A stretch of DNA of 64,000 bases, from NCBI RefSeq assembly GCF_001194135.2, contig NC_068981.1, positions 31,135,439 through 31,199,438 of the forward strand, given 5' to 3'. Below are positions 27,024 to 39,299 of this stretch, piece after piece (position 1 is the stretch's first letter; each line of letters opens with the position of its first letter). The notes below the pieces were generated by a model. The model had not been told where the DNA came from. It searched no databases and saw only the letters and a list, made by a program, of their open reading frames with translations. This DNA is from Octopus bimaculoides. Its lineage: Eukaryota. A program made the position numbers and the translations under genes.

Positions 27024-27646
27024 CATATGTCCTCGTATACACACATATATATGTATACTTATATATGTGTGTGCATGTGTGTGTATTTATACATGTATGT
27101 GCATATGTATGAATATATAGGCACTCGCAGATATATGACTGATTTTCTTTTTTCCCATGAATCAATATTACAGTTTTCTTTGCTGCCCAACAAATCCTTT
27201 TTGTCTGCTCCCACAAACTAAACATATCAATTAACATCTCAAACACACGCGCGCCTACACGATCATATAGGAAGAGAAGATAGAGGAAATGAAAGAGAGA
27301 GAGAGGGAAAGACTGGAGAAAAAGATAGGCGGAGAGAGAAGAAAGAATGAACGAGAGAAACGAGGCGAGAGAAAGGCGGAGAGGAGAAGAGGAGAAGAGT
27401 GAAGAAAGTATAGAAAGATAAGGATATTAATAGAGAGAGATGTGGTGGAGTTAAAAGAAAGGTACATATTCGCTTGTTTAACGTAAAAACGTTTAAGAGT
27501 AACATCTTCAGTCTATTTAGATGTATTTATTGCATACAAGCATGCATCAACAAATCTATGCATACATCTATGCCTTTCGTCCCTCCCTCACTATTTCACA
27601 CAAACGCACACACACACACGGACGCAAACATATGCACACATATCTA

Positions 27647-27697
<51 letters not shown>

Positions 27698-28382
27698 ATA
27701 TAAACAGGTGTGTGTGTGTATATCTTTGTATGCTTTCTATAAGATACTGAAATAGTATTTATATATTTGCATTTATTTGTATTTAAGTGCTAACGTTCAG
27801 TTTTTCATGGCGTACATGCGTACATTCATTTATATCCTCACAACCGTTCTGTCTTTCTTTCAACTTTCTTTTTCTCTACCCCCACTTCTCTTCCTCCTCT
27901 TCCTCTCTCTCTCTCTCTCACTCTCTCTCTCACTCTCTCTCTCTCTCTCGTGCGCGCACATGCACATTCGTAAACACGTACACATACAAATGTAAAAATA
28001 AATACTCAACTTATAAATCAGGAAAATCTGGTGATTTTTTTTTTGTTATCAATTCTAATATAGCAAAAACANNNNNNNNNNNNNNNNNNNNNNNNNNNNN
28101 NNNNNNNNNNNNNNNNNNNNNNNNNNNNNNNNNNNNNNNNNNNNNNNNNNNNNNNNNNNNNNNNNNNNNNNNNNNNNNNNNNNNNNNNNNNNNNNNNNNN
28201 NNNNNNNNNNNNNNNNNNNNNNNNNNNNNNNNNNNNNNNNNNNNNNNNNNNNNNNNNNNNNNNNNNNNNNNNNNNNNNNNNNNNNNNNNNNNNNNNNNNN
28301 NNNNNNNNNATAACAACAGACGAGGACAGGTGGTGTAAATAACAAAAGTATATATTAGTATGACGCTCGGGAATACGGAAAG

Positions 28383-28419
28383 TCTTTGACGTTTCGAGCT
28401 ACGCTCTTCAACAGAAAGA
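28383..28419 (-). ncRNA. Minimal type I hammerhead ribozyme motif (A6-to-U core variant) in a Penelope-like element remnant
   Basis: Minus strand: UCUUU CUGUUGA A GAGC-GUA-GCUC GAAA CGUC AAAGA. Stem I is a perfect 5 bp, stem II is 4 bp, stem III is the palindrome ACGU and the triplet is GUC. Confidence 0.72.
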
Positions 28420-30556
28420 ATACGGAGACAAGGAGAAAAACACGGAGAAAAAAAATTGAGAAAATATATATATATATATAAAGAAATAAAACACCGATGC
28501 GTCGAATATTTTCATCAGTATAGTATATTTCTGTAATTATTTATTTATTTACTTATTTAGATTGTTCTAGAAGAAAAAAAGAAGGATTTAACAAAATTAT
28601 ACTTAATAATAAGAGCGCAGTAAATAAACAATGAATGCATAATAGAGGCTGCTCACCCTATCTTCAGTTGACTGAAGGTAGCAGTAATTTACTGAAAGTC
28701 TCTGTATCCTCCTGCTATATATTCTCAATAGCATTAATTGGGCTAATGCTTACATCTACGTATACACACACACGTGTTTATACCCCCCCCCACACACATA
28801 TGTATATATATATATATATATATATATTAGCGTTCATGTATTTACATATATATTTACATACGCAGACGTATACAGGCGCGAGCGTATGCAGGCGCGCACA
28901 TAGCTGTACTGATAAATGGCCGCACAAGCATTCATATATATATGTAGATGTTCGCATCACTATCACGTTGGTCCTGATTCGATCCCGCTTAAACGTCACC
29001 GTAAGCAAGTGTCAACTGTAATATTCTCATTCCTTGTGACTGGAATGTGGTAGATGAAAACTTTGTTAGGCGCGTTGTATGTACGTAAAGACGGATGAAT
29101 ATGTGAGTGTGTGTGTTTGTGTGTATGTGTGTGTGGGTGTGTGTGCGTGCATGTGTACATACATACACAAATATTTCTATATGTGTATGTGTACATTCAT
29201 ATATATACAGATATACAGATATGCGGGTACACGCATACATGGTACAACTCTCTCTCTTTCTCTCTCTCTCTCTCTCTNNNNNNNNNNNNNNNNNNNNNNN
29301 NNNNNNNNNNNNNNNNNNNNNNNNNNNNNNNNNNNNNNNNNNNNNNNNNNNNNNNNNNNNNNNNNNNNNNNNNNNNNNNNNNNNNNNNNNNNNNNNNNNN
29401 NNNNNNNNNNNNNNNNNNNNNNNNNNNNNNNNNNNNNNNNNNNNNNNNNNNNNNNNNNNNNNNNNNNNNNNNNNNNNNNNNNNNNNNNNNNNNNNNNNNN
29501 NNNNNNNNNNNNNNNNNNNNNNNNNNNNNNNNNNNNNNNNNNNNNNNNNNNNNNNNNNNNNNNNNNNNNNNNNNNNNNNNNNNNNNNNNNNNNNNNNNNN
29601 NNNNNNNNNNNNNNNNNNNNNNNNNNNNNNNNNNNNNNNNNNNNNNNNNNNNNNNNNNNNNNNNNNNNNNNNNNNNNNNNNNNNNNNNNNNNNNNNNNNN
29701 NNNNNNNNNNNNNNNNNNNNNNNNNNNNNNNNNNNNNNNNNNNNNNNNNNNNNNNNNNNNNNNNNNNNAGAACAATAATTAGATATATATCTCAACCAGC
29801 AATAAGTACCAAATGAATTAATATGAAATACTTATTATATAAAGATAGAAAAATTATTTAAAAAAATCATAATATCAAAATAATAATCATTCAATAATCA
29901 TCCCTTCATCCATTATAATAACATGTATATTATATACAAAAATGATAATTTATGTAAGATGTTGTGAGTTAAGAAGCTTGCATCTCAACAAGACGGTTCC
30001 GGGTTCAGTCCCATTGCGTGGCACATTGGGTGAGTGTCTCCTACTATAGCCGCGGGATGTATACTATCTGGGCTTCGTACCATGCAAAATGACGACTAAT
30101 TGTAGTATTTACAAGGTATAAAAACCAAATTTTGGTTTAATAATTCTTTTGTGACTAAATTTTTGTGAAAATTCTATCAACAACTAACTCCTTTGACTGC
30201 TTGTTTCCTTCAAAAGAATTTTCAAGTTTTCCTTCCTTCTTCTCAGATTTACGGCCACATAAAGCTGACCGTGACTAAATACGGGATTTTCGCAAGAAAA
30301 TACCAAATACACAGAGCTGAAACGCTGGCTGATTCATTTTTTCAGCGTACAATTTTCTTCATCCCATTACGAAGTATGACATCACCCCTTCCTTCCTTAT
30401 TCATCCATCACCCATTCCTTTCTCATTCATAAACATAAGAATATTATTATAGTAGAGTATCGCGGTAACCATGGGAGTTATGAAAACAAATGCAAAGCCC
30501 AGCAACACCGCTTGATCATCTACGTAATTTTTCTCGCAATTCCACCCAGCTGCTAG

Positions 30557-30889
30557 GGCGGCGAGCTGGCCGAAACGTTAGCACGTCGGGCGAAATGCTT
30601 AGCGGTATTTCGTCTGCTGTTACATTCTGAGTTCAAATTCCGCCGAGGTCGACTTTGCCTTTCATCCTTTCGGGGTCGATAAATTAAGTACCAGTTACGC
30701 ACTGGGGTCGATTTAATCGACTTAATCCCTTTGTCTGTCCTTGTTTGTCCCCTCTATGTTTAGCCCCTTGTGGGCAATAAAGAAATAGGTATTTCGTCTG
30801 TCTTTACGTTCTGAGTTCAAATTCCGCCGAGGTCGACTTTGCCTTTTATCCTTTCAGGGTCGATAAATTAAGTACCAGTTGCGGACTGG
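30557..30889 (+). mobile_element. Tandem SINE family A pair (a near-consensus copy plus a second copy running into a gap)
   Basis: Full copy 30557-30787. The second begins at ggtatttcgtctg (30788-30800), also present at 30604-30616. Confidence 0.92.
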
Positions 30890-31344
30890 NNNNNNNNNNN
30901 NNNNNNNNNNNNNNNNNNNNNNNNNNNNNNNNNNNNNNNNNNNNNNNNNNNNNNNNNNNNNNNNNNNNNNNNNNNNNNNNNNNNNNNNNNNNNNNNNNNN
31001 NNNNNNNNNNNNNNNNNNNNNNNNNNNNNNNNNNNNNNNNNNNNNNNNNNNNNNNNNNNNNNNNNNNNNNNNNNNNNNNNNNNNNNNNNNNNNNNNNNNN
31101 NNNNNNNNNNNNNNNNNNNNNNNNNNNNNNNNNNNNNNNNNNNNNNNNNNNNNNNNNNNNNNNNNNNNNNNNNNNNNNNNNNNNNNNNNNNNNNNNNNNN
31201 NNNNNNNNNNNNNNNNNNNNNNNNNNNNNNNNNNNNNNNNNNNNNNNNNNNNNNNNNNNNNNNNNNNNNNNNNNNNNNNNNNNNNNNNNNNNNNNNNNNN
31301 NNNNNNNNNNNNNNNNNNNNNNNNNNNNNNNNCTATTATTTGTT

Positions 31345-31610
31345 TCATTTATTCGACTGGAGAACCGTCTTTAGTCGAGCAAATCGACCCCAGGGCTTAT
31401 TCTTTGTAAGCCCAGTATTTATCCTACTGATCTCTTTTGCTGAACCATTAACACACACACAAACATCAGTTGTCAAGCGATGGTGTGGGGACAAACACAG
31501 ATATACAAACATACATATATATTTACGACGGGCTTCTTTCAGTTTCGGTCTACCAAATCCACTCACAAGGCTTTGGTCAGCCTTGTGAGTAGAAGACACT
31601 TTCCCAAAGT
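31345..31610 (-). mobile_element. SINE family B partial copy
   Basis: tttagtcgagcaaatcgaccccagggcttattctttgtaagcc ... tttcagtttcggtctaccaaatccactcacaaggctttggtc. Confidence 0.85.
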
Positions 31611-31789
31611 GGACTAGTTTCAGTATTATTGCTCTTCGTCATCACAGAGTAGCTGCTTGGCTAGGTGGCGCTGCCGAATTCATGGTTCGAACATATAGAT
31701 TTCAACGTGACACACACCCACTAATCTATAAATAGAAATAGTATTATTTCAAAATTTCTCTGTGAGAGACATACATTAACATTTCTTCA

Positions 31790-32019
31790 AAGCAAAATTT
31801 AATTGCCAACATAATATGGCTGTCCTGTAAGGGACCTTGTTACTGTCCACAGATGTTATTTTGAGCTGGGGTGGGGATGCTTAATTCCCGGTTCGAAAAT
31901 ATATGGACACAGATAATATGTTGTATAGCCAGCTAGAAACGATGTTTCTTGGGGCTTAATAAACATTAACAACGCCCCTTACAGGACAGTCATATTGTGT
32001 TGGCAATTAAATTTTACTT
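31790..32019. mobile_element. MITE-like element with ~48-bp terminal inverted repeats
   Basis: aaaatttaattgccaacataatatggctgtcctgtaagggaccttgtt (from 31794) versus the reverse complement of the right arm ending at 32015, aaaatttaattgccaacacaatatgactgtcctgtaaggggcgttgtt. Confidence 0.8.
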
Positions 32020-32257
32020 AATATATATATATATATATATATGTATAATTATACAAAATATGTGAGTTTAGCTCACAGGTCATGTAAACAACTAGATAGG
32101 CTAGGTAAGTGCTGTAACGTATAACTAGGGCTCCATGTTTATAGCCGAGACAGTAGTTATGTTGCCATTGCAGATTTCCAACATATCGGATATATAACGT
32201 CAAGGTAAGGCAAACATTTCAAATCATACATTATTATTATTAGAAAAAAGGTTCAAA

Positions 32258-32313
32258 GTCTTACAGCTGTTTCTGGGATATCCTGCAGTATGGGACATAC
32301 CGTCATCGGAGAC
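32258..32313 (-). ncRNA. Degenerate type I hammerhead motif with long stem II and an 8-nt palindromic stem III
   Basis: Minus strand: GUCU CCGAUGA C GGUAUGUCC-CAUACUGCA-GGAUAUCCC A GAAA CAGCUG UA AGAC. Core position U4 reads C. Confidence 0.6.
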
Positions 32314-33024
32314 AAATAGGGAAAATGAGAAGGGTGTAGATTAATGAAACGACGACATAGAAGACAGGAGTAAAGGAATAAGGAGATGAAGAAAGAGAGA
32401 AAAAGAGATGCATAAAAGTTCACAGTTCAACTTACTGATCATGTAGAAATAAGTCCGTAAGTCCTTATATAATTATATATATAAACAAATACACAACCAT
32501 TCTGCATACATATAGACAACCATTTAAGCCGAAGTATAAATGGTTGAGTGTATGTAGGAGCGTGTTAATGTATGCTTAAATCTATCTAATTTTCGCCTAT
32601 GTGTCTCTACATACATACATACACAACCTTTTAAACTTCGCTGTACAAAAATGTGGAAGATATTCTAAAGGATCTGTTGTTTTGAGAAGACTGTAGAAGT
32701 ATCTGTTGAGAAATTAATGTGGGGATAAAAATGTGAAAAGCGATATCCAGGAAAGTCGCTATCGCACGCTTTCTCGGGCACAAGTGAGACACTTAGGCTA
32801 CCTTATCCATACATCAACATGTTTGAATTATCTCTTGTTGTAATCTCGACTGCATTTTCGCTGGAACGAGAAAGTGATACTAGTAGTCTGATACAGTTCT
32901 AACTCCATCCAAGTTCTGCGAAAGCTAGGGCTCATTGTCATCTTTGGAAACGAAGTATGGACAACATTATGGCAGATTGTACTGATTTTAGCCCGCTTCA
33001 ATTTGGAAGCTGCTGATGAATAAT

Positions 33025-33068
<44 letters not shown>

Positions 33069-33345
33069 CGCGTGTGTTTGTGTGCGTGTGCATGCGTGTG
33101 TACATGCACACATTTTTTCACTAGATCCTGCTACATAATGGTATATATATTTCGTGTTTGTCGTTACTTCCATTCCATGGATACACTCTGGTATCCAGAA
33201 ATACGGACGTATTGATTTCCAAAGAGCTTTTGATGTAATTCGGAAAGCAAATCATTCTGTTTTCTGTATTTTGCTTCGAGAAGTACTATAGGCACACACG
33301 CATTCTCGTTGTTTCTTTGTTCTCCTCATTATACATACGTGTACA

Positions 33346-33467
<122 letters not shown>

Positions 33468-34295
33468 TACACACACACACATACAGAAAGAGAGAGAAGA
33501 GAAATAATAGGCAGAAAGATAAAAGCACAAAACATAAGAGCGTGTATTTACATATTTATGCATATACACATATACACACATACACATATGTATAAATATA
33601 ATATAGATATTTAACTTAAATCAACTAAAATTTACATGGAACCGTTTTCTAGATTGTTAAATTACTTCATCTTCTTATATAATTTTGCCTATGGCCACTC
33701 ATTTATGACTGATAGAATATGAAGATATATTTTGTAGAAGTCGAATTTTTAATTGTCTTACGGATACACGTCATATATCTCCTCTTCAATCTGTGGTTTA
33801 TTGAAGGTTAATTGACGCCTTCAATCTCTGTGATGCTGCAGGTTCTTTTACTTTGTAATCAATTTAACAAGTTTTCTTCAGTATATTTGTTTACAAGGAT
33901 ATGATCGAGCCAACTTGGAAGCCTGTATATCATAGCTCGACATGTTAGAATGGCAGTTAGATCTTCCGTAAATCCAAACCACATCTTATAGGTTTTTGTA
34001 AAATGGGCATATTTCATAATGTACCCCTAGATAGAATGTATGTAACTAAAAACTGGAGAGCTGTGACAATAGTCTTACTTGATAAAAACTGATGAGGATA
34101 TAAGCAACACGTGCATGGATACCAGATAATATCTTATTTGATATGAGTATAAAGAATGTTAGTTGGTTTTATAGTTAATCTTATAAATGTTGAATATGTT
34201 GGGTGTTGGTTTGGTATCTGACTGGCAACAGACATAAAACGACAGACTTTCGACCGTGTCCATATTCATTCTCATATAGTGTATCTATATGTGAA

Positions 34296-34570
34296 GGCAC
34301 TTGGCTGAGTGGTTTGGATATTCAGCTCAGATCGTAAGGTTGTGAGTTCAATATCTGGTGTTGCCATGTGTCCTTGAGAAATACACTTTTTTTCACGTCG
34401 CTTTAGTCCACACAACTGCAAAATGAGTAGAATCTGGACCAGCCATGTCATACTCTGCTAATACGTGTCTGTGGAGTTCTCAGCCACTTGCACGTTAATT
34501 TCACGTGCAGGCTGTTCCGTTGATCGGATCAACTGGTACCCTCGTCGTTGAAACCGACGGAGTGTCAGTA
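34296..34570 (+). mobile_element. SINE with tRNA head, CORE-like middle and family C tail
   Basis: Head gagtggtt...gagttcaa, middle gtgtccttgagaaatacactt...gtccacacaactgcaaaatgagta, and a tail shared with 10434-10500. Confidence 0.75.
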
Positions 34571-34704
34571 TCAGTGTATCTAGGATTGTATCATGCAATG
34601 TATCTTTCCTCTTTTGAGACAAACATAGTCATAGCCGTGTGGTTAAGAAACTTGCTTGGCATCCACGTGCTTTCTCCTTCAGTCCTGACTGAAGCACGTC
34701 ATAT

Positions 34705-34737
<33 letters not shown>

Positions 34738-34989
34738 TATAGGCCAGGGATGGGAGCGATGACCTCCCCTCACAAATACTAATCGGACACAGAATATGTG
34801 TCGTTAGCCAGCTGGAAGAGATGTCTTTCTGGGACTGTAAATGCCAACAGCACTGTGCCGTATAGGACGCCACACTTGGTTGGCAATTCTATATATATAT
34901 AATACAAGAAATGGACAACAAAACATCCAGGGGCAACAAATATATATATATACACAAATAATTTTGTGTATATGTGTGCCTTTCTCACA

Positions 34990-35137
34990 CCATCGCTTGA
35001 CAACCGATGCTGGTTTGTTTATGTCCACCTACCAAAGCGGTCGATAAATTAAGTACCAGTTGCGTACTGAGGTGGATGTAATCGACTGGCCTTCTCTCCC
35101 CAAATTTCGGACCTTGTGCCTTGAGTAGAAAAGAATA
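34990..35137 (+). mobile_element. Chimeric SINE: family B middle joined to family A 3' half
   Basis: catcgcttgacaaccgatgctggtttgtttatgtcc...agcggtcg (family B) continues into ataaattaagtaccagttgcgtactgagg...ccttgtgccttgagtagaaaagaat (family A). Confidence 0.75.
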
Positions 35138-36024
35138 TTTTAAGCAGATAGTTAGTGATATCAATCTCTTCAGACTCGGAAATCAGCCAAATCCATGGGT
35201 ATTGCTACATCCCCCAGACCAAACTGATAAAAAAAATAAAAATCCAAAAATGTGAAAAACAAAGCAGCAGAGTGGGATGGAGGAAACTTGGTTAGTATAT
35301 CCAGCAGGTCAAGCGACCACGTGGACGCTCCCTCTTCAACTCGTCTTTATAACAAATCTTTTTTGGCGAACGGTGTTAGGTTTCGTGATAGCAGAAGCTG
35401 GGTTTACTATGTTAGGTGAGCTAATATGTCCGAAAATATGGGACTTTATCCGATGAGGACTCCTTGGGTTGTTTGAAAATTAATTTTANNNNNNNNNNNN
35501 NNNNNNNNNNNNNNNNNNNNNNNNNNNNNNNNNNNNNNNNNNNNNNNNNNNNNNNNNNNNNNNNNNNNNNNNNNNNAAATTCACTCCCGATGTCGACTGT
35601 CATCCTCTCGAGGTCAATGATATAGGTACAAGTCGAGAATTGGGGTCGATGTAGTCACCTAACCCCGTCCTCCAAAATTTCAGGCCTTGTGCCAATAGAA
35701 GAAAGAATCATCATTATTGTTGTTAAGGTTGTGAGTTGGTATTTCATCTGTCTTTATGTTCTGAGTTCAAATTCCACTGAGGTTGACTTTGCCTTTCATC
35801 CTTTCTCGATCGTGAAAAGAAGCACCAGTTGAGCTGCCAATATGATCGTCACATGCCCTCCGCCACTGATTAGACAGATAGATCTGATGTACAGCGTGAA
35901 CATCTCTCACTTGACATTTGCGTGTTAGTTCCAGATGTTTGGGAAGTGGTTAGTGCGTGTCGTGGGTGTCGAGATACAGTGGCCATGCTGAGAGGAGAGA
36001 ACAGTCGTCAGTCATGTGAACTTA

Positions 36025-36125
36025 AGTGGAAAATGAACTTCAAATAGCGAGCGCTGAAGAGAAGAGACATTTCTAGTAACTTTGGAAGAGATTCAGTGAC
36101 GATACAGCGTGTATGGTGTTTAAGT
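36025..36125 (+). pseudogene. Possible mariner-like transposase N-terminal remnant
   Basis: MNFK*RALKRRDISSNFGRDSVTIQRVW loosely resembles ME..YRA.IK....VYG..AVS..TV.RW. Short and weak. Confidence 0.25.
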
Positions 36126-36589
36126 CGCTGACAATCGATCGTATTTTGTCTAAGATACCTAAGAAAGCCATACTGCTGATAGTCAAGATGGTCAATTGTT
36201 TGCAGGAGCACCTCAGTTGTGTGCCTACTTCTAGAGCTGTGGTGTCAAGACTTCTTCGAGCTAAAGTATTCCTTTGTTCTGAACAGGTTGGGTGGTTCTG
36301 CGAACAGACTTTTGCCTTGCAACGAAAGGAAGACCAGCTGGAGATATTTAGCATTCAGTATATTCAGTAATACCTTCAAACATAGATGGAAATAAGAAAT
36401 CGGAGTGGTCTTCATTTCTATTTATCTTTGTGCATATACGTATAAACACATACATGCAAAAATATTTTTTACGTTAGAACTCGAAATAACTAAAGCTATA
36501 AATAGAATATTGGAGCAAAAATCAAACGCCTTCAACAGAAAAATAATTGGAAGGCTACACAGAGGACACGAACCTATTTCTCCTGTAAC

Positions 36590-36800
36590 TCAATCCACTC
36601 AGCTGGCAAAAATGAGTAGTACCTGTATTTCAAAGGGCCGGCCTTGTCACGCTTTGTGTCACGCTGAGTTTCCATGAGAACTACGTTTAGGGGTACACGT
36701 GTCTGTGGATTGCTCCGTCACTTGCAAGTTAATTTCAGGAGCAGGTTGTTCCGTTGATCGTATCAGCTGGGACCCTCGTCGTCGTAATCGACGGAGTGCT
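36590..36800 (+). mobile_element. SINE family C/CORE-like 3' portion
   Basis: ccactcagctggcaaaaatgagta...cctgtatttcaaagggcc...gtacacgtgtctgtgg...ccctcgtcgtcgtaatcgacggagtg. Confidence 0.85.
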
Positions 36801-37198
36801 ACTCTCCTGTAACACTAAGAAACTGAGTAACCAATATACGAAGGTAACTCTTCGAACTCCCTCAATTCAATTTAGAAGTTTTATTCTTACCAGCGAGAAA
36901 AATAAGATGTGTACAATATAATTTAGAAACTTCGTGAGAATTAAATTAAATTATATTTTGTGGTCGGACTTGAAGTAGATAAAATCCCTTTGATTAAGAA
37001 ATAAAAATTTAGGCTATCCACGAACAGCTTTCGACATTTTTACCTTCATAGAAGTTTTTTTTTTTTTTTTAATCCAATGCTTTACACTAAATGTTTTATA
37101 ACTCCATCTAGTTCGAGTTCCACCGAAAAATAAAATTTAATTTATNNNNNNNNNNNNNNNNNNNNNNNNNNNNNNNNNNNNNNNNNNNNNNNNNNNNN

Positions 37199-37266
<68 letters not shown>

Positions 37267-37492
37267 CTATTTCATCTGAGGGCACTGACTTGAAAGGCTG
37301 TCGTCGAACGAATCGACACCAGTACTTACTTTTCTATGTCCGATACTTATTCTATCGATCCATTTTGCCGAACCACAAGTTTACGGGGACATAAGCACAC
37401 CAACACCGATTGTCACGCGGCAGGTAGGAGGACAAATACAGACACAAACGTGCGCGCACGCACGCAGACACATACACAGACACACACACACA

Positions 37493-37523
<31 letters not shown>

Positions 37524-37622
37524 CAGTGGTCTCCGTCTATGAATCCTTTCGTAAGGGTGTAGTCGTCCGAGGCGGTACTTGGCAACCTAAATTCTTGTTA
37601 CACACATGTGCACATATTCTTT

Positions 37623-37864
37623 TATTCTTTTACTTGGTTCAGTCATTTGACTGTGGCCATGCTGGAGCACTTCCCTTTTTCAGTCGAAGAAATCAACCCC
37701 AGGATTTATTCTTTGTAAACTTGGTACTTATTCTATCATTCTCTTTTTCCGAACTGCTAGTTTACGGGAAGGTAAACACACCAACATCGGTTGTTAAGCA
37801 ATAGGGGGGGGGACAATAAACACAGGCACAAGGATACACACACAAATACACACATACACGCACA

Positions 37865-37899
<35 letters not shown>

Positions 37900-38058
37900 C
37901 GGGATTATTTTCAGTTTCCGCCTGACAAATCCACTCACAAGGATTTGGTCGGCCCGGGGCTATAGTAGAAGACATTTGCCCAAAGTGCCACACAGTGGGA
38001 CTGAACCCGGAACCATGTGGTTGAGAAGTAAGCTTCTTACCACACAACCATGCCTACA
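37623..38058 (-). mobile_element. SINE family B, full-length with internal (CA)n
   Basis: Reverse complement of 46959-47363, from the tail (tcagtcatttgactgtggccatgctggagcac) to the head (cttaccacacaaccatgcctac). Confidence 0.9.
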
Positions 38059-38154
38059 CCCACCCATACACAAACACAAACACACACACACACACGCTCA
38101 CATATATATATACATATATATACATACATATATGTGCGTGTGTGTGAATATGTT

Positions 38155-38196
<42 letters not shown>

Positions 38197-38711
38197 NNNN
38201 NNNNNNNNNNNNNNNNNNNNNNNNNNNNNNNNNNNNNNNNNNNNNNNNNNNNNNNNNNNNNNNNNNNNNNNNNNNNNNNNNNNNNNNNNNNNNNNNNNNN
38301 NNNNNNNNNNNNNNNNNNNNNNNNNNNNNNNNNNNNNNNNNNNNNNNNNNNNNNNNNNNNNNNNNNNNNNNNNNNNNNNNNNNNNNNNNNNNNNNNNNNN
38401 NNNNNNNNNNNNNNNNNNNNNNNNNNNNNNNNNNNNNNNNNNNNNNNNNNNNNNNNNNNNNNNNNNNNNNNNNNNNNNNNNNNNNNNNNNNNNNNNNNNN
38501 NNNNNNNNNNNNNNNNNNNNNNNNNNNNNNNNNNNNNNNNNNNNNNNNNNNNNNNNNNNNNNNNNNNNNNNNNNNNNNNNNNNNNNNNNNNNNNNNNNNN
38601 NNNNNNNNNNNNNNNNNNNNNNNNNNNNNNNNNNNNNNNNNNNNNNNNNNNNNNNNNNNTATACATATACATATATACATATACATACATACATATATAT
38701 ATGTATATATA

Positions 38712-38749
<38 letters not shown>

Positions 38750-39234
38750 CATATCAGTCTCTTTTGCCGAACCGCTAGTTTACAGGAAAGTAAGCACACC
38801 AACATCGGTTGTCAAGCAATGTGTTTGTGTGTGTGTGTGGGGGGGGGGGCAAAAAAGCACAGTCACAAAGATACACACACATACACACGGCAGTATTCTT
38901 TTCAGTTTCTGCCTGACAAATCCACTCACAAGGTTTTATATATAGATAGATATATACATATATATACACCCACAAGGTTTATATATAGATAGATATATAC
39001 ATATATATATATACGCACATGCACGCACACACATACGTGGAAAAAGAGAGAGACAGGGGTGACATGTACAGGGTGTGACTGCACAGCTAACTCGCAACTT
39101 TCAAGTCCTTTATGTTCAGTGTATGCCATTGTATTATAATTTTCTCTTGCTCCTTTCTCATTTGAGATTCCGTCTAAAGTAATTCCTATCTATAGCATTT
39201 GAAGTTATATATACATACATGCACATATGCATAG

Positions 39235-39299
<65 letters not shown>

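Noticed and set aside
38926-39009. ~45-bp tandem duplication at a truncated SINE
   Set aside because: Mostly TA/GATA low complexity. Likely slippage or an assembly effect.
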